DNA of 62,083 nt, counting the filler, from Catajapyx aquilonaris (taxonomy: Eukaryota): the NCBI GenBank assembly GCA_000934665.2. It is 2 parts of 2 records of this genome, joined end to end, with 100 filler letters (N's around TTAATTAATTAA, not from the genome) between each part and the next. Parts side by side here need not be neighbours in the genome. Positions count along the whole stretch, not along the records: positions 31,090 to 62,083 come from JYFJ02004598.1; 1 more part is not named here. One strand, written 5' to 3'. The notes beneath the pieces were generated by a model. The model saw only the letters and a program-made list of their open reading frames with translations, was not told the origin of the DNA and did no database searches. Positions within the stretch are counted from its first letter, which is position 1; every line of letters starts with the position of its first letter. Shown piece after piece: positions 47,645 to 61,208 of this stretch. Position numbers and translations under genes: made by a program.

Positions 47645-50249
47645 TATTTAGTTCAATATGGTCCAGTAGAAACATAATCAGAATGAGTCAGAAAATGCCA
47701 TCAAACTTCTCAATATTTATATACAATACTCTAACAACCACGGATGCCAAATCACCATTATGGAAGTGACCAGTTCAATCAGCCAGAATATATTATTCTT
47801 ATGAGACGGTTTCTGCAGTTGGTAGCTCATTGCACATTATTATTATTCATTTATGATTAGGATTTTTTCTTATGCTTAAGCAATGTAGCACAACAATTCC
47901 ATGTTTTACATCAGTTACATTATCCTATAAGTAGCCCATAAATGGTCATGTAAAAGAACCCTGTGACCTGGAAAGTTGCTTACAAATGAGCTTCCACCAC
48001 TCAGCAGGTCATATATTACAGTGTATAGGATGAGCATCGAAAGGTTAAAAATAGAGTTAGGCATCTTCAAAAGAAACACCTTTGATTTAGTACAGTGAAA
48101 AGGATAAGAACACCTGAATTGCATTTAGGTTGATGGCCAAGCATGATTGCCCAAATGGATTGATAGCCGGAGTAAGGATGGAAAATGTTTCAACCCTTTC
48201 ATCTCTTCTACTGTTAACTTGGCATACACAAGTCAAGTTGTCATCACCTTCCTCACTCTTGTTTTTGTTTTTCCAAAGGTATTTGGAACTGGTAGAGATC
48301 ACCCATATGAATGTATACAATAAATTGCAGGAAACAGCATTATATTGAGTTTGAAGCCAGGAAATTATAGGAGATAAATTTTCCCAAACTCCTTCAGTCA
48401 CCTAATCATTTGGGCAATATTACTGAGAAACACCAGCAATAAAAAAGAATATAATTACAGTGTTTTGTAGTAAGTCATCAAACATTCAAGGACACAATAA
48501 TTTGAGCAAGCAAAAGATAACTGTTTTGTGTGAAGTGTCCTGCATAATAAACTTTGTCCTCCAGAAGCATAGATAAGATTCTTGTACAAGACCATGTACA
48601 GTATACATGGGTGGAATTTTCAGCGACTTATCTTTCAGTCCAGGTAACATTAGTCAAAGTTCATATTGCGTAACACGTTGCGTACTATTTGATTCTGTGA
48701 CTTATATACATGTGAATAAACCATCTTGCAAATAACATGGCAATTGCCATTGTTATTTAAATTTCTGGTTAACCATTCCTCACAAAACATGCTTGAGTGG
48801 ATTGCTTCCACACACATATCCAAATCCAAGTACATCACAAACCAATTCTCTCTACCCTCACATACCCATCACACAACTCTTGCCTTAAAAAACTAAAATA
48901 ATGAATATTTCACATGAGACATAAAGCACACATATTTACACTTAGGAGTGGAAGATACATAATAAATGCTTGCATTCTCCTCCACTGATTAGCTTGCCTA
49001 TCCTAACTAAATTACAATGAGAAAAATATATATAACACAATTAGTTACAATGTGGCAGGCATTACTGTAAAAGAAAGGTAATATTATTTGCACTAAAAGT
49101 TGGACTAGCACATTATCCATGTGACTAAGCTCGCACACCAAAAAAATACAGCAACTCATTTAAGCAGTCTAATCTCTCGAGCATAACAATATATCATCTC
49201 CCCAACATGTGTTCCTCATAACCTTCAACTTTTTGGAAAGTCAGATTTTGGCACCATTGAATGCAGATCATTGGCCAAAATAGTCCTCTAAGTATCTCAC
49301 ATTTTTCATGCCAGCAATAACCCATTGCAGGCTTGAAAAATAATGTACAGAGATTATCATAAGCAATTTTTTCATATGCTTGCTAAATTATAATTCAGTT
49401 ATGAGGTATTTATGTTAGGGTAATGATATTTCAAGGTGATTTTCAAAGAGAGCTGACAAAATTCTCATGTGACAGCTAAAAATCCAGACCATTCCTGTCT
49501 AAGGGACACCATTTGAACAGCCATGGTTTTGTTCTTGCTTCTTACAACCGCAACTTGATGTACAATCATGTTGAAGTTATTAGGAACACATTAATCCCTA
49601 ACTTGGAGTTGCTCATCAGAAACAACTTGGTGCCCTGCATTCATATCAACTACACCTTACGTCTCCTCTCTTTGGTCACCCTTTTTTTTTGGAGGAAAAA
49701 AGACACCTTCTGGCTAAATATGCAAGCATATTCAGGTACTAACCTAAACTTACATCATAACAACGGTCACCTTCCAAAATCTCATTTTCCATCTTTCTTT
49801 TCACAAAATAAAATACATACCATGTATGGTAATCTACTTCTAAAATAGATTCTTATGATTTACATATTTTGGCAAGAAACAAAAATAAAGAAGTCAAAGG
49901 ACCACTACCTTCACCCTCTATTTGATTGGAACACATCCAACACCTTACTCTCAATGTAATGTACACCATGGAATTCACACAGATGTTTAGTAACAATGCG
50001 AATGTAAATAATGCATCCAGAACGGACAAGCATGTATAACTATATGATGGGTCAAATCATTCTGGTGCAGGTAAATGGCTTAAGATAGTAATTTAAATTA
50101 ATAATTCCCAAATTTTAGGCATGTCTAAATTACTAGGTTCCCTTTGGCAAGAAAACAGCCAAAGATGTTTGGAGAGAATCAGTCAATATTTTCAGGTCAT
50201 GCAATATTTTTGACACCTTATACAAGCATGCTAAACCCAAACTGAGATA

Positions 50250-51069
50250 CAGGGTGGCACATATTTATGTATATGATATTTCACAGGCTGGAGCATTTAA
50301 ACTACTGCATGAAAAGTATCAAAAGTGGCATCATTGTGAGGCCTAAGATTGGGAGTACCAATGCGCTGCATCGCACAATCCACCCATTGTTGTAATAGGG
50401 AATGGCAGTGAATTGATTGTCACTGGAGAAGCACATTTATATACTTTTACGTGTTTATACTCCACAACAAACAATATGCAGAGGTGAAATGAAGTATAGC
50501 AGCTGAGTTTGGAGGCAGTGACTTTGTTGGTGCAATGTACCGAAAATGTGAAATTTGATCTCATCTGTCCGAATGAACCCAAACTTGTATTTTCCTGCAG
50601 TTCCCAACCATATGTCTGCGAACTGCATACGTCTATCCATTGAGAGCCTTAATCAAGGAGGGTGATACAGCTTTAAGTCCAGGACCTGTAGTCATCAGTA
50701 TGCACACTCCTACCTGCTCACTTAGCTTGCAAGACAGTGCCACTTGGTGTCGAATTTTGCATTTACCATTGTGATGGTTAGCACACTAGGGCCACTGCCT
50801 CCATACTCAGCTGTTATTCTTCATTGCATCTTAGCATAATTGTTTGTTGTGGAGTACAAATGCATACAACGTATGTGCTGCTCCAGCAACTGCTCTGACA
50901 ATTGATTTGCCGCCATTCATTATCACAACAATGGGGGGATTTCCCGATACAGCGCATAGTTACTCCCAATACCAGGCCACACATCGATGCTACTTTCGAT
51001 ACTTTACGCGTAGTAGTTCAAAAGCTACAGCTTGTGAAACATCATGAACATAAATATGAGCCACCCCTA
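50250..51069. mobile_element. Tc1-type foldback MITE
   Basis: TA|CAGGGTGGC... with diverged inverted arms of about 270 bp. Confidence 0.8.
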
Positions 51070-52833
51070 TAGATCATTAATTCTTGTGTTACATATCAGA
51101 GCTGCATTTTATATCTGGTGGAGATAATACCAATTAAATTTTTACCATTTTTAGAGGTAATAGTACAGGCAAATACTGAAGTTAAACACACAATCTTGCC
51201 CACACATCATTACTTCATGGACATTAATTTGTTTTTGAGCATCCTCACTGTGAATTGTTGACAGTGAGATCAGCAACAACAAATGGAAGATATTTTTCTG
51301 ACCATGATAACATGTTCAGGAAATAAAAAGAATAAAAGCCTCTTCCATTTGTGAAAAATCGTTACATAGATTCTATCACCACATTGTCCAATGGGATCAT
51401 CCATAAAATATATCATGCTGACTTGCAGCTTTTTTTGACCCCTCTCCCTGTCACACAGCCACTTTTGGTCAGACCCTTCATGTCAATGGTTCCCAACCTT
51501 TTATGACAATCAAGTAATTTGGGACCCCCCCCCCCCCCCCNTAGTAAAAGATGAATGCAGTGTAGACATATTAACACATTAAAAAGAAACTTTCGTGGTA
51601 AAATTTCCTATAAAATTAATTGCAAAAATTACCACGGCCACCACGTGGCCACCAAGTTGGGAACCACTCTTATGTCATGTTGCCGTGGACAATCTCCTTC
51701 CATTTCCCACAACAAAAACTGTTTTTTTTTGGGGGAATATGGATGAGGGGTAAGAGCCATGCCTTGGTAGACCTGCAGCGACATTTTTCCTTCAGTGTGT
51801 AAATGGAAATAATTGTAAGTAAAAATAAGGAACAGCTCTTGGCAGCTCATAGTATCAATTCACATCACTGTGTGTTACTAAATTGAATATCAGTTATAGT
51901 TATACTGATGTCCGTTCTAAATGCTTGGAGAAAGTATCATCTGTCTATTCCAATATTGCAGTAGAAGTTTGGGTAACTGATATCTCTTCACTAATCATGA
52001 AGGGGACTGCAAAGAAGTTACCACCAGTAACAGCCTAACTCTGCAATCTTGAAATTGACAAGCCATGAATGGGAAATTGTCAGCAGGCCAGGATAAACTG
52101 ATTGTCAGCGAGACATTTACAACAATCTCGGCTGCCATCCTGAGTAATGCAACATGGTGCAATTGAAGATGTGAATTTAAAAGGCCCAACCTCATCATAA
52201 TACTAATAAAATTAAGATGTCTGTGGTTTGTGCCACAATAACTTGACTAAAGTGAAATACGTTGTAACAATGCATCATTTTGTATCCTTCCTGTCCAAAT
52301 ACATTAAACAAGGGGGAATAAAGTGCAGGTGAGCCATTCAACTAAATTCAGACATGGTTACATATAAGTAGAGGAACACACTTGGAAAAACAATTACCTA
52401 TCATCAATCAAACCAAAAATTGACTGCAATGTCAGCAGATATTCAGACACAGATCTCTATCCAAAATGTCTGATCCAGTTGACATAAGAGCAAGTAAAAT
52501 ATACAAGTTAACAGGGAGTTGACAAATGAATGCAAGACTGGCAAGAATTATTAATGTGAATTCCCCAAAAATCATTGAGACACTGCTTGACTAACTGTAT
52601 AATACAAATGCCAAAGAGTCATGATGCTGTGTTGGAGTATTCATTTGAACTTATAGGCCTAATGTTGCTCCAACGCAGTGATACTCACACCTTTTTGATT
52701 GCAACCTTGAACGCAGATCATATATTGAGGCTGGAAACCTACATGGCTGATACGTGATTGGTTATTTTCAATAATATATTCACAAATGATTTCATTCCTT
52801 ATTTTGTAACCAGAAATATCCTCCCCACCCACC

Positions 52834-52867
<34 letters not shown>

Positions 52868-53170
52868 AGTACCTGCCTACAACCCTCTTGTTTTGATACC
52901 AATGTGCAAACCACTACTCAAATGTCAACTTATTAAGTTGGTGGAATCCTACTGAAATCTCAGGATTCTTGTTTCTCTCCTTATTTGAAAACATGTACAC
53001 AAGAGTTTGTGGCTCTCATTTTCAATGGCTCACCCTTGCAAATGCCATACAACAATGGTTATGCTTCTGACAGATGTGCCACTGTCTCATTGTAGGTCAA
53101 TTTCAGGTATTATATTTCATCATAATAAAGTCCCCATCATAGGGGACCTGTGTGTTACATGAACATAGGA

Positions 53171-53730
53171 CAGGGTGATTCACTAGGTAGCTGACCCAAA
53201 TACAGCTTCCTAACGTGCAAAGAATGCAAGCATAGACACTGTATTTTGATTTAACATTCCACATATACTGCAAAAGGTGATGACATCACAGTAGGTGCTG
53301 AAAGTGGCTGCCACCAACGTTCACAGCTCCACACACAACCTAGCGCACTGTTCCAAACTGTCAGACATCCTGCGCAGCATTGCTTCATCAACAGTTGCAA
53401 TAGCGGCTTCATGTTTCTCTTTAGGTCTGAAAAGGCCTGGCCAAGGTGTGGGGCTTCGTCTTGTACGTAACCCTCTTCGCATATCCCCACAAATAAAAAC
53501 TGTCCCATGGTATGGACAAATACGACCTTTCTGAGCTGGCCATTGACACGTTCAATAGGAATGTCCAGTCTCTTTCAATAATTTGCACAATGACTTCTGA
53601 GACACATGATACCACACCTAACGGCGATGGAAATGTTGAAGGTATGATTTTATGCGAAACTGATATTTCCGTATGTTACTTGGAAAACTACACACATTTA
53701 CCAGGGCCAAGTACCTAGTGAATCACCCTG
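53171..53730 (-). mobile_element. Internally deleted Tc1/mariner-superfamily element
   Basis: TIR CAGGGTGATTCACTAGGTA/TACCTAGTGAATCACCCTG|TA; minus-strand DSFYLWGYAKRVTYKTKP (DFFLWGYLK-type motif). Confidence 0.82.
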
Positions 53731-53859
53731 TAGAAGGTCTCAAAAGTTCTTCAAGAAGTTGAGATGTGGTGTTAATTACAATGGAACTTGTAAGAATGTA
53801 AAATTGAAAACAAAAAAAAAGTAAGCAAATTCCCAACATTTGCATAATCTGTTTGTATC

Positions 53860-54233
53860 CAGCCCCCCGTCACTCTCCCTCTTTTTGCGTGAGCTTACCT
53901 GATCTCCCCCACTGAGGGGGCTTGGCCACGGTCGGCGCTCGAGTCAAGTGCCACTACAGGTGGCGCCTTACCTAGCAGGGAAATTCTGAACCATTATGGT
54001 CAACTCCAATTGGCTGGCCTCCTTGGGCCACAACATGGCTCTCCACATGAGGCCTTTCAGACTCCAGCCAATTGGAGTCGACCCTAATGGTTCAGAATTG
54101 TCCCACTAGGTAAGGCGCTATCTGTAATGGCACTTGACTCTAGCGCCGAACGTGGCCAACCCTCCTCAATGGGAGAGATCCGCTAAGCTCACAGGGATAG
54201 CAATGAACTGGTATAAGGAGTGACTGGGGGCTG
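53860..54233. mobile_element. hAT-like foldback MITE
   Basis: CAGCCCCC...GGGGGCTG with arms of about 170 bp; flanks TTTGTATC/GTTGTATC (7 of 8 match). Confidence 0.78.
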
Positions 54234-55085
54234 GTTGTATCAAAATATGTTGAATTGACCAAGCAAAAATTTTGCTACACCACTGTAGACTCTTCGCCAA
54301 AAAATTATACTATAACCTACGTAAGGGTGGCACTGACACAACTACTTTAAATTTCCTTTCATATCACTGAGTTTGCCATTAAAATTATGGCAATTAAATT
54401 TTCTTACTATAAATTTTCCCTCAATAAATAGGACCTATTTTAAATTTGCATCTCCAGTTACACCTGAAACTTTGATTAGGCCAGTGAAATGGTCTGACAT
54501 AAGACAAGCACAATGGGCACTTACTTTCCTACTCAAGAATCAAAATTTGATGTAGTGTTGGTTACATAACATTAAGAAGATTAAGTTAAAACTATAACTA
54601 GTCCAGGTAGAAAAGACTAAAAAACTTCACTTTTTGTAAAATTGAATTATCAAAGAAACAAGGAAAATCAACTTATGTGATCCATCAGGAAGTAGAAACA
54701 GTTGGACATTCATGTACAGATATTTCCAGCAATTTCCTAATGTTGAAATAATTTCTTCCTAATAAATCTTGGGAGGCAACTGAACTACAGTGCTTCCCTT
54801 ACCTTGGACCAGGTCTACATCCTTTTCCCATTTTTGATTTACCTTGTTTTCAAAATTGGTCATGAATTACAAGGACTAGAAACTTTATCCAAAATGCAAC
54901 ATGTAAAGTGAAAACACTAGAATTCCAACTAGGCTATGTGACTGTTACAAATTTCTCAAGGGTAATGCTATGCAAGGTTGAATGCTTTTGGTATCTTAGC
55001 ACATGGTACTGTACCTCACCAGCACTTGCAACCAAGTATGGAACTTACTAATGCACCAGGCATCTCCGGCAGACTCAAACTTCCA

Positions 55086-55121
<36 letters not shown>

Positions 55122-55139
55122 GTTATTATTATTATTATT
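55086..55139. repeat. (ATT)n microsatellite
   Basis: Direct reading. Confidence 0.95.
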
Positions 55140-56477
55140 TCAATGCCAGCCCTGTATTTTTGGTTTCAAATGACAGGAACAAAGCTATTCACAGCTGCTG
55201 ATGGGACACCACTGTTGCTTACTAGAACCTGAGAATGCCTTGAGATTTGTATGAAAACTAGGTGTATAAGTAATTGTTAAGTGCTGTAGAGAGCAAGACC
55301 GCTCTTGCAAAAAAACGACAAATTCCCTGACTTGAGTACTGCACAATCTCTCAATTCACTTAAAGAATTTCCAATAATGTGGTTTTCACCAACTTACCTA
55401 CCCTAGAGTGCCTAGTTGGAATACACACTACTGTGAAAAGCAAATCACCTGTGATTAAAAACACGTCACTTGTGTTGGCAGATTCACTTCATAGCAGCAT
55501 AGCAGAATAAAGTGATATTTTGCAGTGAATTTCCTAGGGAATTTATAAATTATGCAACCCTCTCAGGAGTAAAGGGAGGGCAGGGAAGCCAAGTGTCAGA
55601 ACATTGCAATAGGGAAGAGAGGACCAAGATATGCAAATACAGAAGGTGAATCTTGTAAGGTGCAACCAACATACACTACCGGTCAAAAGTTTAGCATCAC
55701 CCCCAGGGAGAGTTTTTAAAATTTCTCAAGCCTAAACTTACAGTACAAATTGAAAGTGTGAGGCACCATTGAAAGAGTCATGAATAACGCTACAAACCAA
55801 AAAAGGAACGGTCATTCTAGGTTCAACAGAGGCGCAGATATTACCTATTTTGTTAAGAAAAAAATTCTCAAACACCTACATTTTCAACTATAAATATTAA
55901 TAAATAAAAGTAATCATCATGAATTCATGCTTTATGATTTTTATTTATGGCAATAAGTAAATGCCGAACACAAGAAAAATTATCACAAATTAAAAAAAAA
56001 TATATCACTCGAACTGGATTTTTAAAAAATTTGCGGCATTTCTTCTTATATGCACCCAACAATTGACATACCGTCAACATCGCATAACTTGAGAACCGAT
56101 ACTCCTACAGATATGAGGTTTGGACCAGCCGATTTGGAAAACCTTAACAAATCGGTTTGAAACAAGAATTAGTTTTTTAATTATAGGGAGAGGTTTACAA
56201 AACGACAATAACCTAATGTAATCTGTGACAAGTTCTTCACCTTTTAAAAATAAAAAAACCTCAATTATTTTAATTGCGGATGTCACACTGCAATTTGATG
56301 AATAGTTTACAGACTAAAAAGCCAACATAAGTGAAATGTTTGATATCTCAGGTGTTTTACTTACCTTCACAGTACTATACTCTGAATGATGATAGCTGAT
56401 AAAAGAAACTTGCAATAAACAACTTATGTTAGTGTGTAGTAAATCTTCCAAGTACTTGGAATTGAATTTTTATGCAT

Positions 56478-56778
56478 TCAATCGTCAGCAGGAGCTTCCA
56501 TCCTGCAAATAAGGGCCTTCATAAAACTTGCAGCAACCAGAGCAGCATAGGGCTGCCAATCCTTCTTCCTGGTGCCATCCTTGTAGTCTGCAATTCCACG
56601 GATTACGACATAGTTGTCCTTCCTATTGCCATAAATGCTCTCAACTACAGCATCAAACTCCGAGTCAAAAGCCACGATATTGTATCGAGTGGCAAACTCC
56701 TGCCGTAGCTGTTCATCCCGAGCCACATGCCTTCCTGCAGCAATGGGTCCCACATGGGCACGTGGAATTCCTTCTTTC
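56478..56778 (-). CDS. Nucleoside phosphorylase-fold (PNP_UDP-like) protein, last coding exon
   Basis: ttttag|G AAA...TGA, phase 2; HVGPIAAG...AFDSEFDAV...VIRGIADYKDGTRKKDWQPYAALVAASFMKALI is the C-terminal signature of PNP/MTA-nucleosidase-fold domains; from memory it resembles the conserved insect CG16721-like family. Confidence 0.9.
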
Positions 56779-56844
56779 CTAAAATACATGAAACATATTT
56801 CATTACAAAAAATGTGGAATAAGTCTGGGTAATTTCACGAGTAA

Positions 56845-57661
56845 GGGGTCACTAGTCCCTTCAAAAATGCGATTTTTAAAAATGTTTTGAATAAAATCAA
56901 GCGTCTTTTCCTGCGTCGAACGCGCCATACCGCGTCCCAAAATTCGAAAAATTGTCACGTCGGGAGCGCACGCCTGGCAACGACTTCCGGTTCCCCAGCC
57001 TCTCCCCACCTACTCGCTGGCATGAGCGCCATCAGGTGCTGCTCCCACGTGGACGCGGAGGCACTACGCCTGTCCTGCTGGTCTGTGTGACACTAACGTA
57101 TTTTTTAAATCGCATTATCGCTCTGTTACGTTACCCTACTTTCAACTTTAAACGCGTTTTTCTCAGTTTGCCGGATTTGAACACTGTCGACATCGCCCAG
57201 GCAACAAAAATTTAGCTACGGACTTCCCACTTCACCAGGTTTATCCTCAAACATGGCGCTATCATTCGGCCTAAAAGAATTAGCCTGGTCGAACTAGTTC
57301 TATTTTGACTTTAATGAAATGTTTTTCAAAACTGTAGTTATCTTACTGAAATCATAAAAAAAAATACTAAAACGATTTCAAAAATTATAATTCTAGGTCA
57401 AATGAAAACTATATGCTCAAGAAAGCTTGAGGTCCAATCTGACGGTTGTATGTTGACCCCAGCATCCTAAATCGTGTTGACAGTGGCGTGACGTCACATG
57501 GCCCTGGAGGCCCTTCGACACATGAACGTGATTCGATTATTGGCGCTAATAGGTCTTTGACTTATGTACATTCACGAAAATGAAGTCCCAACTTCTTGTC
57601 TCTAATGGTTTCTTTTTTGGCGATTTTTTACAAAACCCTTGATTTTGACTGTAGTGCCCCC
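56845..57661. mobile_element. Kolobok-like non-autonomous element
   Basis: GTAA|GGGGTCACTA...TAGTGCCCCC|TTAA (imperfect TIR, left TSD with one mismatch); CpG-rich interior. Confidence 0.65.
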
Positions 57662-57665
57662 TTAA

Positions 57666-58606
57666 AGGGACACTCCAGTCTGAAGACAAGTTGATGTCTA
57701 AAAATCAGGCAAAAAATCATGACTCCAACGCAAAAATCCGTTTGTCTCAAAACAGAACCGTAAGGCCAGGAGAGAAGGTCAAAGTTGGCAGCATTCATAT
57801 CCCCCGCTTGCGGAGTGACGTCACGGGAGGCGTGTCAATCGCCGACTCGCTGTAAGTGGCGCCTCACTCGGGTGGGTGGCGAAACGACGACCGTACATGC
57901 CTGGCGCGCGTGATTGAAAATTGAACTCGGAACTGGAACCGGAAGCTGCGGGCATATCGCGGTTTACCTTGCATCAGGTAACATGGCTGAGCAAGGAGCT
58001 GCCCCTATCGGGAATCCTCCGGTAGGACGCATTTGCGTAGTTTGTGGGCGTCGTCAGTCAAGTGGTCAGCGCGTCCATTTCTTCTCATTCCCCCGTGAAA
58101 ATGAAGACTTGATGCAACAATGGAGAGCATCGGTGAATTTGCCGCCAACGTACTCACCCAAGGCACATCATCGGGTGTGTCTAGATCACTAGATCACTAG
58201 ATCAGCCGGTACTACCGGTACTTACCGGTACTAGTCTCCTCCGTGTGACTACAACTTGCTGTCGACCGCCCGGGCGCCGCCATCTTGGGATTAATGGACC
58301 TAATTAGCAGCTAAAAGTAGCAGCTAATTGTAGATGCGCATACAATAACGCTTAGGTCCATCCCAAAGGTATGACTGCTTGATGTTTGACATCATCCTCA
58401 GCAGGCGGCGACACTCCCGAATAGGGAAAAACGCATTGAAACTGCCATTCCCCGAGTGGCGGCTCTGCTTGGTTAGCAGACGGCGAGGATTTGACCCCAC
58501 GACCCCGGTTACAGTTCTGTTTTGAGACAAACGGATTTTTGCGTTGGAGTCAGGATTTTTTGCCTGATTTTTAGACATCAACTTGTCTTCAGACTGGAGT
58601 GTCCCT
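57666..58606 (+). mobile_element. Kolobok-like element with truncated THAP ORF
   Basis: TTAA|AGGGACACTCCAGTCTGAAGACAAG...CTTGTCTTCAGACTGGAGTGTCCCT|TTAA, near-perfect TIRs of about 95 bp. Confidence 0.88.
57983..58192 (+). pseudogene. THAP zinc-finger fragment from a transposon ORF
   Basis: MAEQ...CVVC...FFSFP...QQW...RVCLDH* has the C2CH, P and W THAP signature and stops right after the His. Confidence 0.85.
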
Positions 58607-58610
58607 TTAA

Positions 58611-59000
58611 GGGTGGGATAAAGGTCCCAGCGCTTATGGAGGTTGACATGTTAAATGTCGGGCCTAATAACTCCGTAATTACTGAACAGAATGACATGAA
58701 ATTTTGGACACAACACGACACAACAACCCTTGTCACGGCTATGTTGAGCGATTTTGCTCATTTGGTCCTTATTCTTCACAGGACATTATTTCCTCACATG
58801 CCTTCAAATTCCTCTCAGTTTCGTGGTTTTCATAATTAACTGAATCCCTAAAACAGGTTTCGCTCAATATAGCCATGACAAGGGTTGTTATGTCGTGTTG
58901 TGTCAAAAATTTCATGTCATTCTGTTCAGTAATTACAGAGTTATTAGGCCCGACATTTAACATGTCAACCTCCATAAGCGCCGGAACCTTTATCCCACCC
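58611..59000. mobile_element. TTAA-targeting foldback MITE (Kolobok-like termini)
   Basis: TTAA|GGGTGGGATAAAGG...CCTTTATCCCACCC|TTAA, near-perfect arms of about 140 bp. Confidence 0.88.
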
Positions 59001-59078
59001 TTAAGGGGAGAAAGGAAAAATGATCATAAGTTGCACTTGACTCGTGATGAATTCCATGGAGAGATTGCATCACTTTTC

Positions 59079-59079
<1 letters not shown>

Positions 59080-59147
<68 letters not shown>
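59080..59147. repeat. (TAA)n microsatellite
   Basis: Direct reading. Confidence 0.95.
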
Positions 59148-59150
<3 letters not shown>

Positions 59151-59509
59151 GTTCCTAAAATGGGCATATCCATGCCTCTTGCTTTGGTTGTCAGCACATT
59201 CTGGGAATAAACTGCTTGATATTTGTAACATTTCACACTATTTCCTGTCTAATGATGCACCAGGTCATGGTTTCTCATTAAAATTATTCTCATTTCTCAT
59301 TATTCTCATTAAAAAAGTGGTCACTGGGTCATTTTGAGCAGGTAACTTTAGGTGCGTTTTTCATCCCCTGGGGTGGGCTACCAATGCACCAAATTTCATG
59401 GAAATCCGTTAGTGACACTTGTATAGTGTCCTTTGTAAGCCTAGGTTTTTGAGTATGTCAAGGACAAACTCAGCATCAGGGTGCACTAGATAACACTAAT
59501 CAGAGAGGC

Positions 59510-59611
59510 ACTATATCGCTCAAAAAGATAGAGACGATTGGCATTTGATTCAAGTGCAAGATGCACTTGAGTCAAATGCAAAATCGTCTCTATCTTTTTG
59601 GGCGATATAGT
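59510..59611. repeat. ~100-bp palindromic mini-element
   Basis: ACTATATCGCTCAAAAAGATAGAGACGATT...AATCGTCTCTATCTTTTTGGGCGATATAGT. Confidence 0.82.
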
Positions 59612-59824
59612 ACATTTTGGTCATTCTGGAACGAACACCAGGCCATCCCTGAGTGGAACAGGGCAGAACACAGGGTTGTGCTTTGGACTGCCTCTATATA
59701 CGATGGGAGGGGCTAGTTCCAAACCCACTTTGGCCCAGCAGCTCTTTCGCAGCTGAGCACCCAAAAAAATCCCAGAATATTGTTGTGCAAATGTAGTTCA
59801 AGTGCACAGCACTTTAGAAATTAC

Positions 59825-60018
59825 CTTGTATCCATTACACCATCTCCAGTGGGTGGCATTGGGTGAGCAACTTCAATCACATCTTTTCCTCCAATAGACA
59901 TGTACAGTTTGTCAGTGTCTTCTGGTGGCTTATTAAAATCCACATCTTGCTCTTTCACTTCATCCAACCCTTCCTCAATGTACCTGTACCATGGGTTCTT
60001 GGTATCCTCTGCTTCACC
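59825..60018 (-). CDS. PNP_UDP-like protein, penultimate coding exon
   Basis: tttcag|GGT...ACA AG|gtaat, 194 nt, phase 0 to 2; GEAEDTKNPWYRYIEEGLDEVKEQDVDFNKPPEDTDKLYMSIGGKDVIEVAHP (the ..PP..TDKLY motif is typical of this clade). Confidence 0.9.
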
Positions 60019-60570
60019 CTGAAAGAAATTTTATCAAGACTCAGCTAAAGTGCAAGTTAATTGCACAAGGTTCTCTCAAATGAAAGTGAGCCAGTCAACT
60101 GTACATGGATATGGTGATGGTGAAGGTCAGGAAGAGACATAATAAAAATACTGACAAGTTTCATCTATCAAAGGATGTGCTTTGAACGAATGATTAATGA
60201 AAGTGTGAAGAATTTCTCTGACAGAATTCGCAGAGGTTGGTGTATCAAATGCTTGGTCCAGAATTGGGATAGACTATTTCTCAATAACTTTGGGGAGTAC
60301 ATATGATATGGATATCACTGATATCAGTCGCGGCGACCTGCGACCAGATACAGGTGTTGTGGCTTCGGAATATCGCCTTTTGGCTTGTATTTTGACCCTG
60401 CTAACGTGAAAATTAGCAGCAGAGGTGATGTTTGCACAACACTATAGGCCAAGCAGAATTTAAAAATCTAAAAATTTGCCAAATTTAGGAGGGTAAAAAT
60501 AGTTTGGTTCAGGAGGATGTATTCATTTAATGCAATTAGCCCTATTCTGCTACCTGCCATGATTAATTTT

Positions 60571-60571
<1 letters not shown>

Positions 60572-60628
<57 letters not shown>
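60572..60628. repeat. (CT)n microsatellite
   Basis: Direct reading. Confidence 0.95.
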
Positions 60629-60630
<2 letters not shown>

Positions 60631-61208
60631 TGCTCAATTGACCAACCATCTCCCTGCACTGACCACCTAACCCCTTCAGAGGTATGACTGATCTGTATGC
60701 TGATTGGTTAGGGTGGTGTTTTAAATCCCCGCCAACTGAGGGAGGTCTTCAAAGATGTACTGGTTTTGAAGGTATGGTGGACTAAAAATCTGACACCTTT
60801 AGTTTGGGAAAATTGGTTATGCATATGGCACGAAAAAGGAAACATTGTCATTTTAAATCTGGATTTTACGACACAAGTCTTCAAAAGAATAAAAAAATGA
60901 ACTTCCCTTTTTAAATATTATCATTAGTAACAACCTACACTAAAAGTTACTGTGAAAAGTTCCTTTCTGGTTAATAGCGAGAGGCAATTCTGTTATCAGA
61001 TCTATAAGTAAATGGCACAAAGTAACAAGGTGATATTATTTGGTTGAAATTGAGAATCTTAAGTCTGAATATGAACTCCTAAAGTCCCACCATTAAAAAA
61101 TCACCACTCTTGCCCGTAAAGGGGAAATTATTTATTTTATGGGGACAGGAAAACTTTTTTTTAGGGTACCAATAATAGGCTACTAACATCAAGGACAAAT
61201 GCACTCAC

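Noticed and set aside
52340..52360. RNase P CR-V-like AATTCAGAC
   Set aside because: No matching upstream CR-I (GGAAGGTCTGA) partner.
58875..59236. Poly-Ile ORFs
   Set aside because: Translations of the (TAA)n microsatellite.
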